A stretch of 63,782 bases of DNA, the filler included, from Nemertoderma westbladi (lineage: Eukaryota; Animalia; Xenacoelomorpha): the NCBI GenBank assembly GCA_032718475.1. It is 3 parts of 3 records of this genome, joined end to end, with 100 filler letters (N's around TTAATTAATTAA, not from the genome) between each part and the next. Parts side by side here need not be neighbours in the genome. Positions count along the whole stretch, not along the records: positions 1 to 28,360 come from JAUCBJ010008817.1; 2 more parts are not named here. The stretch is one strand, 5' to 3'. Shown piece after piece: positions 1 through 13,520 of this stretch (position 1 is the first letter of the stretch; the number at the start of each line of letters is the position of its first letter). Position numbers and translations under genes: made by a program. The notes below the pieces were generated by a model, which did not search any database, had not been told where the DNA came from, and saw nothing but the letters and a program-made list of their open reading frames with translations.

Positions 1-77
1 ATTATAACTGTTACTGTTCGACAGAACAGTATTAAACTGTATTTAATGCTTACACTGCAATACAAAGTAACTGTTAC

Positions 78-1307
78 TGTTTGCGCTTTTGAAGACCTTT
101 AGCAGTTTAACCTGCCAAAATTTATATGTCTTTTAGTTAATTAACACACCTTTAGCATACGACAATATTTTATGCTAATAAACAAAACATTAGCCGAAGC
201 CAGCCCATGCGCGATCATTCACCCGATGGATCTACACCCGGGAGGCTGAATTCGGATGCTTAGATTTTATTATTGCAGTATAAGGTTGCAGTGTAAGCCT
301 ACTGTATTATTCGATTGATCGCTAATATGTAATTTCTGACAGATATTATTAACTTTCGGGAAATATTAACAGTTCCTTTAGGACGTGGCGCTCTATCTAT
401 TTAAACAGAGCTAGGACTTATACTAAACGCAACGATAAGGCTTATGATTAAAGTATAAGTCGCATTCTTTAGGAAATGCTTTGTTACCAGTCACATCACA
501 CTCACAATTATGCACACTATTCTGCCGACCGTCAGTATATTTGATCACACATAAAGAGAATAGCAATTGACTCAGGTAGTGTCTACTAAATAACATTAGA
601 TTCAATACACACCACATTGATATAAATCGCAATTGTTATATATAGCCCGCCTCTCTAACCTGTAGTGTATCAAGAAAATTGGGAATTTTGGGTGATTTAT
701 CCGTATTCTCCAAAGAGCAATATTTCCATCAACAAATAGATACAATTAATAACTGACGGTAAATAGCAGTACAAACAATATGATTAGTGCAGTTAAATTA
801 AGTGAGGTAACACCGCCGGTAACAGTTATACTTTCTATAATCTAAGCAGTTTTACTAGAGTTCTTAGAGCCGGTGTTTCTGGCTTAGACAGCAATAACAA
901 CAAAGTATCAAGTAAAAACAGTAAGACTGAACACTCTCCTTATGATCGGCCGAAAAGCTACACGTCGACAGGAAAAATCGCTCTGATTGGCTCAAGCCAA
1001 ACAAAGAACCATGCATCCAATGGCTGTTTCCATGTCAGCAACCAGCTGTTAGATGTCGTAATATGAATCATCACGGCTAAGCTGTGAAAGGTAGTTGGTG
1101 CATTGCAGGTTTTTTGCCTTACCATGTCCGCCAAAACACGTATATAGCAGAATGACTTTTATGTCCGTTAAAACACCTGTAACGGTACCTTGCGGGTGAG
1201 GGGAATATATATACAGTTAGAGAACCTTTTTAGAGTATTCCAGCGCCTGGGGGGAAACTGGATTGCGAAGCAAAAGGGGCCAGTTATATCCCACAGAAGC
1301 TTTTACA
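78..1307 (-). mobile_element. LTR copy A of a BEL/Pao retrotransposon family (probably a 5' LTR, element continuing off the left edge)
   Basis: Minus strand begins TGTAAAAGCTTCTGTGGG and ends GCGCAAACA. Colinear homology with 35181-36454 and 47445-48631, including the shared block GCGCCACGTCCTAAAGGAACTGTTAATATT. Flanks (gttac/ctggt) are not a TSD, so not a solo LTR. Confidence 0.8.
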
Positions 1308-1866
1308 CTGGTTGCCTATTACAATTTCTCTCTGGTTAGTCTACAGCCACAACTCCCAGCTAGCTCCACACCAGCAGAGACTTGACCAATAATCATTCCC
1401 AGCAACTAACTGCCTTACACACACATCCTTCCATCGTACCAGCATGTTAGCCAATAAATGAGCAGTATTTAATGAGAATCAATTTTTTATGACGTTTTAA
1501 TTACTTTAGATCAATTAAAGACACAATTAATAAAGCAAATCACTTGAACTAATTAAAAACTATAATAGAATGGCGTATGTGGATTACATCTGTATAATTT
1601 TTAAGTATAATTATTTAAATCTTATACTGTAAAACAATTAATTTCCTTTAACAGGCAGGTTGAAAATGGTGTTTTTGCCGTAATCAACTTAATTAACTAA
1701 TTAACTGCTATTATCTTAGCTTCTCGAAGGCCACACGGAAATTCTACTTGGAAAATTTCTAAACTTTTGCCAAACAACATGTGTACCAAGTTTGGATAGA
1801 TTTCATCAAAGATTGGCTGAGTTATTAACGTTTAAAATTGGACGCGACAGAACGACAGAACGACAC
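1308..1866. repeat. ~560-bp near-identical direct duplication, copy 1 (copy 2 at ~2863-3430)
   Basis: ctggttgcctatt...gacagaacgacagaacgac is repeated almost base for base. Both copies end in a (GACAGAAC)n microsatellite followed by Helentron-like terminal motifs related to 49074-50672. Confidence 0.85.
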
Positions 1867-2862
1867 GTTCGTGGGGCCTTCGCGCAGCACGAGGCCCAGT
1901 TATGAGATACAAATTAAAATTGTGCGACTGTATCACAAAATCAGGTTATGAGATATTAACCCACACCACCAATTAATCAAAGAAAGGGGGACAGTACGTG
2001 TTCACCCCTTTTAATCTGCACACCCCCCCCCCCCCTCCCCCCACCCACCAATACATAACCGCGACATCTACCACCCACGGAAGGGTAGCACGAACTTATT
2101 TCCAATCGCACGTTAAATATGCAAAGCCAGGTGGTTTATAGGAATATAATAAACGCAGTACTCGTTTTCATTATAAGCCTCTTTGCGTTCGTCCTGTTTT
2201 GTATTTAAATATATTTCTTAAACGCAGGCTAGGACGATCTTTATAATAATAATAACTAGGGATGCGATCAATATGTGAAGCCAGGTGGTTTATATAACAA
2301 TTTAGTCAACGCAGTACTCGTCTTCATTATATGCCTCGTTGCGCTCGTCGCTTGTCCTGTTTTGTCATAAAATATTTTTCCTAAACGCAGACTGACGATC
2401 TTTATACAGTTATAACTATGCGAAGTTTCGAAACTGTGCGAGTAACTGTTGATACATCTATGTGGAGATGTGTGATATGTGGAGATGTGTGATACAACGC
2501 CAACGCATCTTATGCCGATGTAGTAATATGGGTATTGAAATAATATTAAATCAATGTACACTCTTAAAGCTGCAGCGAAAAAATGTAGCTAATTTCCTAG
2601 GTTACATATAAAATAATAATATTATTTTTAAGAACATTAATTTTACTACTTTGCAAAAATTCAATTAAAAAATAACCAGACATATACATTGTGGAATAAA
2701 CTATTTCAGAAGCCTACACAACAGCCATGCCATGGATTGTATTTATGTTATTATATCTGTCATTTACCTGAGATAGCAATACAACACTTATAGTAGAGTC
2801 AATACAGGAAGGATGTTGGGATGTTGGATTTCAAGAATGATGTCTGGGCTGGAATAGCAATA

Positions 2863-3545
2863 CTGGTTGCCTATTACAGTACAATTCCTCTCTGGTTAGT
2901 CTACAGCCACAACTCCAAGCCAGCTAGCTCCACACCAGCAGAGACTTGACCAATAATCATTCCCAGCAAATAGCTGCCTTACACACACATCCTTCCATCG
3001 TACCAGCATGTTAGCCAATAAATGAGCAGTATTTAATGAGAATCAATTTTTTATGACGTTTTAATTACTTTAGATCAATTAAAGACACAATTAATAAAGC
3101 AAATCACTTGAACTAATTAAAAACTATAATAGAATGGCGTATGTGGATTACATCTGTATAATTTTTAAGTATAATTATTTAAATCTTATACTGTAAAACA
3201 ATTAATTTCCTTTAAAAGGCAGGTTGAAAATGGTGTTTTTACCGTAATCAACTTAATTAACTAATTAACTGCTATTATCTTAGCTTCTCGAAGGCCACAC
3301 GGAAATTCTACTTGGAAAATTTCTAAACTTTTGCCAAACAACATGTGTACCAAGTTTGGATAGATTTCATCAAAGATTGGCTGAGTTATTAACGTTTAAA
3401 ATTCGCGACGCGACAGAACGACAGAACGACAGGTTGATTAATGGTACCACTACGCTAAGGCTCACTCACTTCGTGGCTCGCCCCACAGGTTGATTAATGG
3501 TACCACTACGCTAAGGCTCACTCACTTCGTGGCTCGCCCCACAAA
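2863..3545 (-). repeat. Duplication copy 2 plus a tandemly duplicated Helentron-like terminus
   Basis: Matches 1308-1866. It then has two copies of a ~57-bp unit whose reverse complement (GTGGGGCGAGCCACGAAG...GAGCCTTAGCG) matches the left end of the element at 49074. Confidence 0.7.
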
Positions 3546-3752
3546 ACCAGGGGTTCCTAAATATAAAACCTGGTTTAGATGTGTGAAACGGGGTTTCATT
3601 CACACAAAACCAGGGGTTCCTAAATATAAAACCTGGTTTAGATGTGTGAAACGGGGTTTCATTCACACAAAACCAGGGGTTCCTAAATATAAAACCTGGT
3701 TTAGATGTGTGAAACGGGGTTTCATTCACACAAAACCAGGGGTTCCTAAATA
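3540..3752. repeat. 63-bp tandem repeat, ~3.4 copies
   Basis: Unit cacaaaaccaggggttcctaaatataaaacctggtttagatgtgtgaaacggggtttcattca repeated exactly. Confidence 0.9.
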
Positions 3753-3815
3753 TAATAATAATCTTAATAATAATAATCTAATATAAATAATAATCTTACA
3801 AGAACACAAAACATA

Positions 3816-4306
3816 CACCATCTCCCTTAATACAACCATTTTTAAGGGGTCGGAACCCCCCCCCCCCCCCCCCCCCCCCCCTATTTTTTTTTCAAATTTC
3901 AATCATATGCTACGAAATCTGGTATGATGGTTCTTCGATAATTTTTCTTACTGCTGGTCTGGCCGGATTTTTTAATTTATGAGCTATTTCGATACAACAG
4001 GAGGCCGTTAAAAACGCCTTTTTAACAATATTTAACCATCTCTGTTGGCTTTAATTTTAATCTTTTGAATGTAATCTAGATATTATGTCAAAGATATTAT
4101 GAAAATACTAGGGTGTAAATTTTGAGACTAAAATAAAGCCAACAAGATGGGTCGAACTACCATCAAACCAAATTTCGTAGCATATGATTGAAATTTGGAA
4201 AAAAGAGCCCCCCCCCCCCCTCTTTTTTTCCAAATTTCAATCATATGCTACGAAATTTGGTGGCTCCGATACCCTAAAAATGGTTGTTGTACTAAGGGAG
4301 ATGGTG
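3816..4306. mobile_element. MITE with TA target duplication
   Basis: TA-caccatctccctta ... taagggagatggtg-TA terminal inverted repeats, extending imperfectly inward. No coding capacity. Confidence 0.7.
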
Positions 4307-4600
4307 TATATACAGCAGAAACAAGGGGGAAAATACATATAAAGTAAAACACACTAATCTAAAAGAAGATAAGGCATAGGAGGATACTCTAATAAATAAA
4401 GCAGCCCTTTATTCAGTTTGTCTTTCCATTATGCAAAATTATCATTCTTCATTAAACTTAAATTGATTTACATTTACTTAGTTAACTTTATAATATCATA
4501 TCGTTTCATATAACAGTAAAGGAAGGTGCAGCATGTTAGAACTGTGGGGCAGTGGGGAACATCTTAATATTTCATTTAAAACATGTCGTGTCTGTTCAAC

Positions 4601-5989
4601 CAAGTGTTGAGAACTGAATCAATTTTAACTAATTTCAGTTACAGTTACAGTTTCAGTATTCAAAGTTTTGCATTTCAGTTACAGTTACAGTTTCAGTATT
4701 ACACAGTGTAACATTTCAGTTACAGTTTCAGTATTACAAAGTGTAACATTTCAGTTACAGTTTCAGTATTACAAAATTGAGCATTTCAGTTTAGTTTCAG
4801 TTTTGATCGCGATAAAATTTCTGTTACAGTTTCAGTTATAGATTCAATATATTATCCCACATAGTAAGCAGTCATTGAAATAATTTCAGTCTCATTGGGG
4901 CGGGGTACAGTGCAGTCATTCACCCAATGAGCAAGGATGTCATTACGTTACGTTACGGTATCTTTTCAGCAATACCGTAGCTCAATATTTTTCTGTAACG
5001 TAAACCGTAACGTAATAGCTTTTTCAATACCGTAACGTAATATTACTGTATATTTTTACCATAAACCGTAACATAATAGCATAAATTTTCGCTACTTTTT
5101 TTTATTGTTTTGGTTATAAAGGGCATGCTTCTGAAACCTGCTCATCATTTCCCTTAATTTATAATTTGTTGTAGTAAGCATATATTTGTAGTTTTGATTA
5201 GACCCACCTTGTTAAGCTACTCCTTTCACTTTTTAAGTTTAATTGTAATTTTGTAATTTATAATGGTAAACTTGATAAAAATTTAATTTCCAGTGTACCT
5301 CTAGTGTGATACCCCTGTGTGTACCCCTGTGATATTAATATTACCAGTAACATTAATAATTCATAATGTAAATTATATATCCGTTATATCCCTCTACCGA
5401 CCATTACCATTAACTATATTTTTGTTTATCTAAAACATTTACATTTAATATGCGATATTTAGGAAGCAAAGAGTGCTTATAAGGCTGATATGTAGTCTAA
5501 TACAGTAGTTGAGATGGATAAACATGACTAATTACAGTATAACTACAGTATGCTAGATCCTCGTTCATTACTCGATGCTTGACTCGCCAAATAAATCACA
5601 GTTGAGATAAGTGTGCAATGGGTCTTTGGGCCACTTGACAACTATCAAGGTTCAAAACGATAATAATAAATAAAAATACAAAAATGTTTTAAAAATGATA
5701 GGCCCTACCCATATCGACCACTGTTATTAATTTATTAAACTATTACAATACTGTTTCAAGTGCTCATTGATGTTAATTGTGTGGTTGAGAACTGAATCGA
5801 TTTTTAGTAATTTCAGTTTCAGTTACAGTTACAGTATTCAAATTTCCTAATTACAGTTTCAGTTACAGTTACAGTATTAAAAATTCGCAATTACAGTTAC
5901 AGTTATAGTTACAGTATCAAAAATAACATCAAAATCATTCAGTTACAGTTGCAGTTACAGTATAATTACAGTTACAGTTCTCAACACTA
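4601..5989. mobile_element. hAT-like non-autonomous element with (CAGTTA/CAGTTT)n subterminal arrays, containing a nested end of the 19761-20992 family
   Basis: Ends (ca)agtgttgagaactg and cagttctcaacact are inverted repeats. 4931-5090 is the reverse complement of 20845-20992. Confidence 0.55.
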
Positions 5990-6389
5990 CGGCAATAAGG
6001 TAGCTGAAAAATGCTGTGGTGAGGGGTAACTATTAAAAGTGGATTTGGAAGCTTTGTCCGGTCTGTGAGAATTCTGTTGACCAAGAACAGTTGCTTGAAA
6101 GTTTCATTAAACTCAAAACGAAAAGTGTTCATAGGGATAATCTTTTCATTCCGTCACAGTGATAGAGGGAAGCCATACTTTGTTCCAAATAAATCCATCC
6201 TCACATTTAGTCCCAGTTCCGCAGTTATCCAACTGGATATCAGTAAATATAACATTGCCCTGAAAAGGGCCGTTTGGGTTGGTGTAAGACGAGTCAGGGA
6301 AGTGTCAGGGTGTGGGATAGGCCTACCACACACTGAGATGCGCGAGCAAGTTTGTAAGGGCAGTGGTCCCAGTTTTCACATAGGTCGTG

Positions 6390-6900
6390 CAACTCGCACC
6401 ACATGAACTCGTCCAGATGGCTGGGCAGCAAGGTGCTCTGGACGCTGCACATCGACTTAAATCGGCGCTTGCAGTTCTTCCAGTAGCACTCGACGTGGTT
6501 GGTGCAGGCGCCGGTAACTGGGTCGACGAAGTTTTGGTCATGGATCACGACTTGGTGTGAGTACGCCATGTTCGGCATGGCACCGATCCCGTGCATGCTG
6601 CCCAACCATCGGAATGCAGAATGAATGATGGAACCAGGCGCGATATAGTTGCCTATAATTGCATGAATTGGCAGCAACGTCAGAACGTATTTGTCTCAAG
6701 AGTCAAGATGCCCGTCGACCATCTTGAGGAAGAAGCCCTCCTGTTTGAGGCTGAGATGGGCAGATCGTGCTGAATACCCCGCGTTCAGGCTGTCAGGCAC
6801 CTCGTGGCCTACGTTCCCTTCCCATCCGCTTCGCTATTAGCGACTCGTTGACTTCGACGATAACGCCCGGTCAGCCGGTCCTTCGATAAAATGGGGGTGG
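6390..6900 (-). pseudogene. Degenerate Merlin / IS1595 (ISXO2-like) DDE transposase fragment
   Basis: Minus-strand motifs VIVEVNES..KR (VExDES), IAPGSIIHS, H.V.H..NFVDPVTGACTNHVECYW..K, LPSHLDEFMW. Frameshifted, with catalytic residues decayed. Confidence 0.8.
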
Positions 6901-7739
6901 TGAATAATATGCCCTAACAGTGACAGTATACGGGTCCTACGAATTACCACAAAATACTCCAAAATACCCCAAAATAGGTCAAAAATTACCCCAAAAAGGC
7001 TAAAAAATTACCCCAAAAAGGCTAAAAAATAACCCCAAAATAAGCGAACAATGTTTTTTAACAGCGAGGGAAAGGAGCAGGTTACAGTGGCAAGTTTTTT
7101 TAACCAAAACAATAAATGAGAGGGAAGAAAAATTTTTTTAATTATTTTGGGGTAGGCTAGTCAGGTTACGAATCAGCTTTCATTGTTTCATCTGTATCTA
7201 ACCAGTTCCGGCCTTCGGCCTACCTACCAGCTACCACCGGTACCCTACAGCCAGACAGCACAGCCTGCAGCCGCAGCCCTACTCCTGGCCCTGGGGTCCT
7301 GTACTCTGCTACTGAACTAAAGGCCTAAACCTAGTAAACCCAGGCGGCCAAAACTGCAAAAAAATTGTACGGTGTGCGTGCAGTCTTAGTGCTCATGCTA
7401 CAGTCAGACAGTGCTGGTATCAGAGGCTATTGCAATAGGCAGATATGCACCGGTCCAATGCTGAATGCAGAATGCGGCATTTAGGCTGTTAGGTATGATA
7501 CCGGTACAAGTCAATAATATAGCTGAATGCAGGAATACTGGAATAGGTCAGGTGCCAACCTGCTCCGACCATGATAGATAGCCCGGGAAATTCAAATGAT
7601 TTGAATTAACCGCCAAAAATATATAAATTCATGTGTCTTTATCATTTGAATTTCCATGGCTATGGAGCGCATGGTAAACACCTTTTGGCTTTTAGGGATT
7701 TGTGCGGCATTATGGTTAAGAAGGTTTCAAATATTAACA

Positions 7740-8541
7740 AACCCCAGGTATTATCGCATTAATTTATGACTTATTATTATTATTAAACCGGCATTTTGTT
7801 TGTTAAAAACCTCAATCATTATTGAATAAAAACTATAAAACCGGCATTTTGTTTGTTAAAAACCTCAATCATTATTGAATAAAAACCCAGGTTTATCAGT
7901 TAACAAGATGAAGGTTAAATGTATAAAAAAAAATGCATGTTTTAATTTAACAAAAAACCCTAGTTTCAAATATTATGAAACCCTAGGTTTTCTCGTACAA
8001 ATTTGCGACTGTTATTATCATAAGACCGGCATTTTATTTGTTAAAAACTTCAATCTTTATTTTTTTAAAACCCAGGTTTATCAGTCGGCAAAATGAAGGG
8101 TTAATCTTAATGTATAAAAGAAACAGTGGTTTTCACAACCCACAACCCTACTTTCAAAGAATTTACAAACCCCAAGTTTTTAACAGTAATTAAAAATAGA
8201 TTTATTCCCAAAAACCCCGTTTTTGTTTCATTAATTATGTGTTTATTATGGGGTTAAACCCGGGTTTGTCACTGATTAGAAAACCATCATCAAATTATTT
8301 AAAACCGGTGGTTTTTTTTCTCATTAAAACTAGGGTTTTTTGAGAAACCAGTAGTTTAATAAAAAAATATTAATTGTAATTGTAATTAACCCTAATGTCA
8401 ATACCACTCAAACTAATTATATAAATCGTTAATTTGAAACACTTATTCTTTTTTCGAAATCGGAAGTTCCAAATTGAAAACCTATGTTATAATTTACAAC
8501 CTAGGGTGAAAATCACAAATACAGGTTTGGTTTTTTCAGTG
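7740..8541. mobile_element. One end of a CACTG-terminated (EnSpm/CMC-like) non-autonomous element
   Basis: Dense aaacc(c/g)(a/g)gg subterminal repeats ending ttttttcagtg-TA, the same terminus type as 21561-24228. The partner end was not found. Confidence 0.4.
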
Positions 8542-8985
8542 TATAGAACAAATCCCAAATCTATGTTCAAAATTACAGGAGAACTATACATAACAAGAAC
8601 ATCATGATTTATTTAATACCAACAAAATATTTAATTAATTATTGTAGTCCTGAAAGCGAAATGGGAACGGATAAAAATCAGCATAAAAGAATGAGCACCG
8701 TAAACTGAATTCGAGCTTTACAATTATATTATTTTACGAAAGAGCAGTGAGCACCACTAATAGTGAGGAAGGAGAAGTATCGGTTGATGTACCTGATGAA
8801 ACAACAACTAAACAATAATCTATATTATATTATAATACTACACATTTGTATTGCATTTAAAAGCACTGTGATATCACATAGGTATATAATACTTATTAGA
8901 AAGTCAAAATGGTATTAATAATATGATTGGTAACATAAAAAACCGAATTAATAACAAACACATTAGGAAATAACCATGTATTAGT

Positions 8986-11900
8986 TAGTACCAGGACGCC
9001 CCAGATACGTTTTAGTACCAAGTACGCATACCAGAAACGTTTTTGTACCAAGTACAGGTACCAGATACGTTATAGTACCAAGTACAGGTACCAGATACCT
9101 TATAGTACCAAGTACGCGTACCAGATACGTTTTAGTACCAAGTACAGGTACCAGATACGTTATAGTACCAAGTACGCGTACCAGATACGTTTTTGTACCA
9201 AGTACAGGTACCAGATACGTTATAGTACCAAGTACACGTGCCAGATACGTTATAGTACCAAGTACACGTACCAGATACGTTTTAGTACCAAGTATACACA
9301 TACCATAGATACGTTTTAGTACCAAGTACACATACCAGATACGTTTTAGTACCAAGTACACATACCATAGATACGTTTTAGTACCAAGTACACGTGCCAG
9401 ATACGTTTTAGTACCAAGTACACGTACCAGATACGTTTTAGTACCAAGTACGCATACCAGAAACGTTTTTGTACCAAGTACACGTGCCAGATACGTTATA
9501 GTACCAAGTACACGTACCAGATACGTTTTAGTACCAAGTATACACATACCATAGATACGTTTTAGTACCAAGTACACATACCATAGATACGTTTTAGTAC
9601 CAACTACACGTGCCAGATACGTTATAGTACCAAGTACACGTACCAGATACGTTTTAGTACCAAGTACACATACCAGATACGTTTTAGTACCAAGTACACG
9701 GACCAGATACGTTTTAGTACCAAGTACACGTACCAGATACGTTTTAGTACCAAGTATACACATACCATAGATACGTTTTAGTACCAAGTACACGTACCAG
9801 ATACGTTTTAGTACCAAGTACACATACCATAGATACGTTTTAGTACCAAGTACACGTACCAGATACGTTATAGTACCAAGTACACATACCATAGATACGT
9901 TTTAGTACCAAGTACACGTACCAGATACGTTTTAGTACCAAGTACACATACCATAGATACGTTTTAGTACCAAGTACACGTACCAGATACGTTTTAGTAC
10001 CAAGTACACATACCATAGATACGTTTTAGTACCAAGTACACGTACCAGATACGTTATAGTACCAAGTACACGTACCAGATACGTTTTAGTACCAAGTATA
10101 CACATACCATAGATACGTTTTAGTACCAAGTACACATACCAGATACGTTTTAGTACCAAGTACACATACCATAGATACGTTTTAGTACCAAGTACACGTG
10201 CCAGATACGTTTTAGTACCAAGTACACATACCATAGATACGTTTTAGTACCAAGTACACGTACCAGATACGTTATAGTACCAAGTACACGTACCAGATAC
10301 GTTTTAGTACCAAGTATACACATACCATAGATACGTTTTAGTACCAAGTACACATACCAGATACGTTTTAGTACCAAGTACACGTACCAGATACGTTATA
10401 GTACCAAGTACACATACCAGATACGTTTTAGTACCAAGTACACATACCATAGATACGTTTTAGTACCAAGTACACGTGCCAGATACGTTTTAGTACCAAG
10501 TACACATACCATAGATACGTTTTAGTACCAAGTACACATACCAGATACGTTTTAGTACCAAGTACACGTACCAGATACGTTTTAGTACCAAGTACACATA
10601 CCAGATACGTTTTAGTACCAAGTACACATACCATAGATACGTTTTAGTACCAAGTACACGCGCCAGATACGTTTTAGTACCAAGTACACATACCATAGAT
10701 ACGTTTTAGTACCAAGTACACGTACCAGATACGTTATAGTACCAAGTACACGTACCAGATACGTTTTAGTACCAAGTACACATACCAGATACGTTTTAGT
10801 ACCAAGTACACATACCATAGATACGTTTTAGTACCAAGTACACGTGCCAGATACGTTTTAGTACCAAGTACACATACCATAGATACGTTTTAGTACCAAG
10901 TACACGTACCAGATACGTTTTAGTACCAAGTATACACATACCATAGATACGTTTTAGTACCAAGTACACATACCAGATACGTTTTAGTACCAAGTACACG
11001 TACCAGATACGTTTTAGTACCAAGTACACATACCAGATACGTTTTAGTACCAAGTACACATACCATAGATACGTTTTAGTACCAAGTACACGTGCCAGAT
11101 ACGTTTTAGTACCAAGTACACATACCATAGATACGTTTTAGTACCAAGTACACGTACCAGATACGTTATAGTACCAAGTACACGTACCATATACGTTTTA
11201 GTACCAAGTATACACATACCATAGATACGTTTTAGTACCAACTACACGTACCAGATACGTTTTAGTACCAAGTACACGTGCCAGATACGTTTTAGTACCA
11301 AGTACACGTACCAGATACGTTTTAGTACCAAGTACACATACCATAGATACGTTTTAGTACCAAGTACACATACCAGATACGTTTCAGTACCAAGTACACA
11401 TACCATAGATACGTTTTAGTACCAAGTACACGTGCCAGATACGTTTTAGTACCAAGTACACATACCATAGATACGTTTTAGTACCAAGTACACGTACCAG
11501 ATACGTTATAGTACCAAGTACACGTACCAGATACGTTTTAGTACCAAGTATACACATACCATAGATACGTTTTAGTACCAAGTACACATACCAGATACGT
11601 TTTAGTAGCAAGTACACATACCATAGATACGTTTTAGTACCAAGTACACGTACCAGATACGTTTTAGTACCAAGTACACATACCATAGATACGTTTTAGT
11701 ACCAAGTACACGTGCCAGATACGTTTTAGTACCAAGTACACATACCATAGATACGTTTTAGTACCAAGTACACGTACCAGATACGTTATAGTACCAAGTA
11801 CGCATACCAGATACGTTTTAGTACCAAGTATACACATACCATAGATACGTTTTAGTACCAAGTACACGTGCCAGATACGTTTTAGTACCAAGTACACATA

Positions 11901-13280
11901 CCATAGATACGTTTTAGTACCAAGTACACGTACCAGATACGTTATAGTACCAAGTACGCATACCAGATACGTTTTAGTACCAAGTATACACATACCATAG
12001 ATACGTTTTAGTACCAAGTACACGTACCAGATACGTTATAGTACCAAGTACACGTACCAGATACGTTTTAGTACCAAGTATACACATACCATAGATACGT
12101 TTTAGTACCAAGTACACATACCAGATACGTTTTAGTACCAAGTACACATACCATAGATACGTTTTAGTACCAAGTACACGTGCCAGATACGTTTTAGTAC
12201 CAAGTACACATACCATAGATACGTTTTAGTACCAAGTACACGTACCAGATACGTTATAGTACCAAGTACACGTACCAGATACGTTTTAGTACCAAGTATA
12301 CACATACCATAGATACGTTTTAGTACCAAGTACACATACCAGATACGTTTTAGTACCAAGTACACATACCATAGATACGTTTTAGTACCAAGTACACGTA
12401 CCAGATACGTTTTAGTACCAAGTACACATACCAGATACGTTTTAGTACCAAGTACACGTACCAGATACATTTTAGTACCAAGTACACATACCAGATACGT
12501 TTTAGTACCAAGTACACGTGCCAGATACGTTATAGTACCAAGTACACGTACCAGATACGTTATAGTACCAAGTACACGTACCAGATACGTTTTAGTACCA
12601 AGTATACACATACCATAGATACGTTTTAGTACCAAGTACACATACCAGATACGTTTTAGTACCAAGTACACATACCAGATACGTTTTAGTACCAAGTACA
12701 CGTACCAGATACGTTTTAGTACCAAGTACACGTACCAGTTACGTTTTAGTACCAAGTACACGTACCAGATACGTTTTAGTACCAAGTATACACATACCAT
12801 AGATACGTTTTAGTACCAAGTACACGTACCAGATACGTTTTAGTACCAAGTACACATACCAGATACGTTTTAGTACCAAGTACACGTACCAGATACGTTT
12901 TAGTACCAAGTACACGTGCCTGATACGTTTTAGTACCAAGTACGCATACCAGATACGTTTTAGTACCAAGTACACATACCAGATACGTTTTAGTACCAAG
13001 TACACATACCATAGATACGTTTTAGTACCAAGTACACGTACCAGATACGTTTTAGTACCAAGTACACGTACCAGATACGTTTTAGTACCAAGTACACGTA
13101 CCAGATACGTTTTAGTACCAAGTACACATACCAGATACGTTTTAGTACCAAGTACACGTACCAGATACGTTTTAGTACCAAGTACACATACCAGATACGT
13201 TTTAGTACCAAGTACACGTGCCAGATACGTTTTAGTACCAAGTACACGTACCAGTTACGTTATAGTACCAAGTACATACC
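8986..13280. repeat. 30-bp minisatellite array (30/32/34-bp variants), ~4.3 kb
   Basis: Consensus agtaccaagtacacgtaccagatacgtttt repeated head to tail with no unique spacers. Confidence 0.97.
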
Positions 13281-13520
13281 GAATTGATGATATTATTTAT
13301 AAGGTTCAAAGTACCATATAAACGTATTAAGTACTAAATATAAGCACCACATTCCGTACGTGTGGCAGATACCATTGACTTAAATACAACAGCCCAACAA
13401 TGCCGTTGAATAATACAGAAATATAATAGATAAGTAGCAAATCCAAATAAGTATATATACGAACCGCAGACTGTTACTAAAGGCTAAAATTATGGGGCTA
13501 AACGTTTGGGCCATTAAAAT

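Noticed and set aside
6294-6900. Bacterial IS1595 contamination or recent horizontal transfer
   Set aside because: Eukaryotic Merlin transposases share these motifs, and the fragment is decayed and embedded among host repeats.
8981-13247. Numerous ORFs (VLGTKTYL / WYVYLVLKRI repeats), also 18648-19353 and 51375-51635
   Set aside because: These are translations of stop-poor satellite units, not genes.
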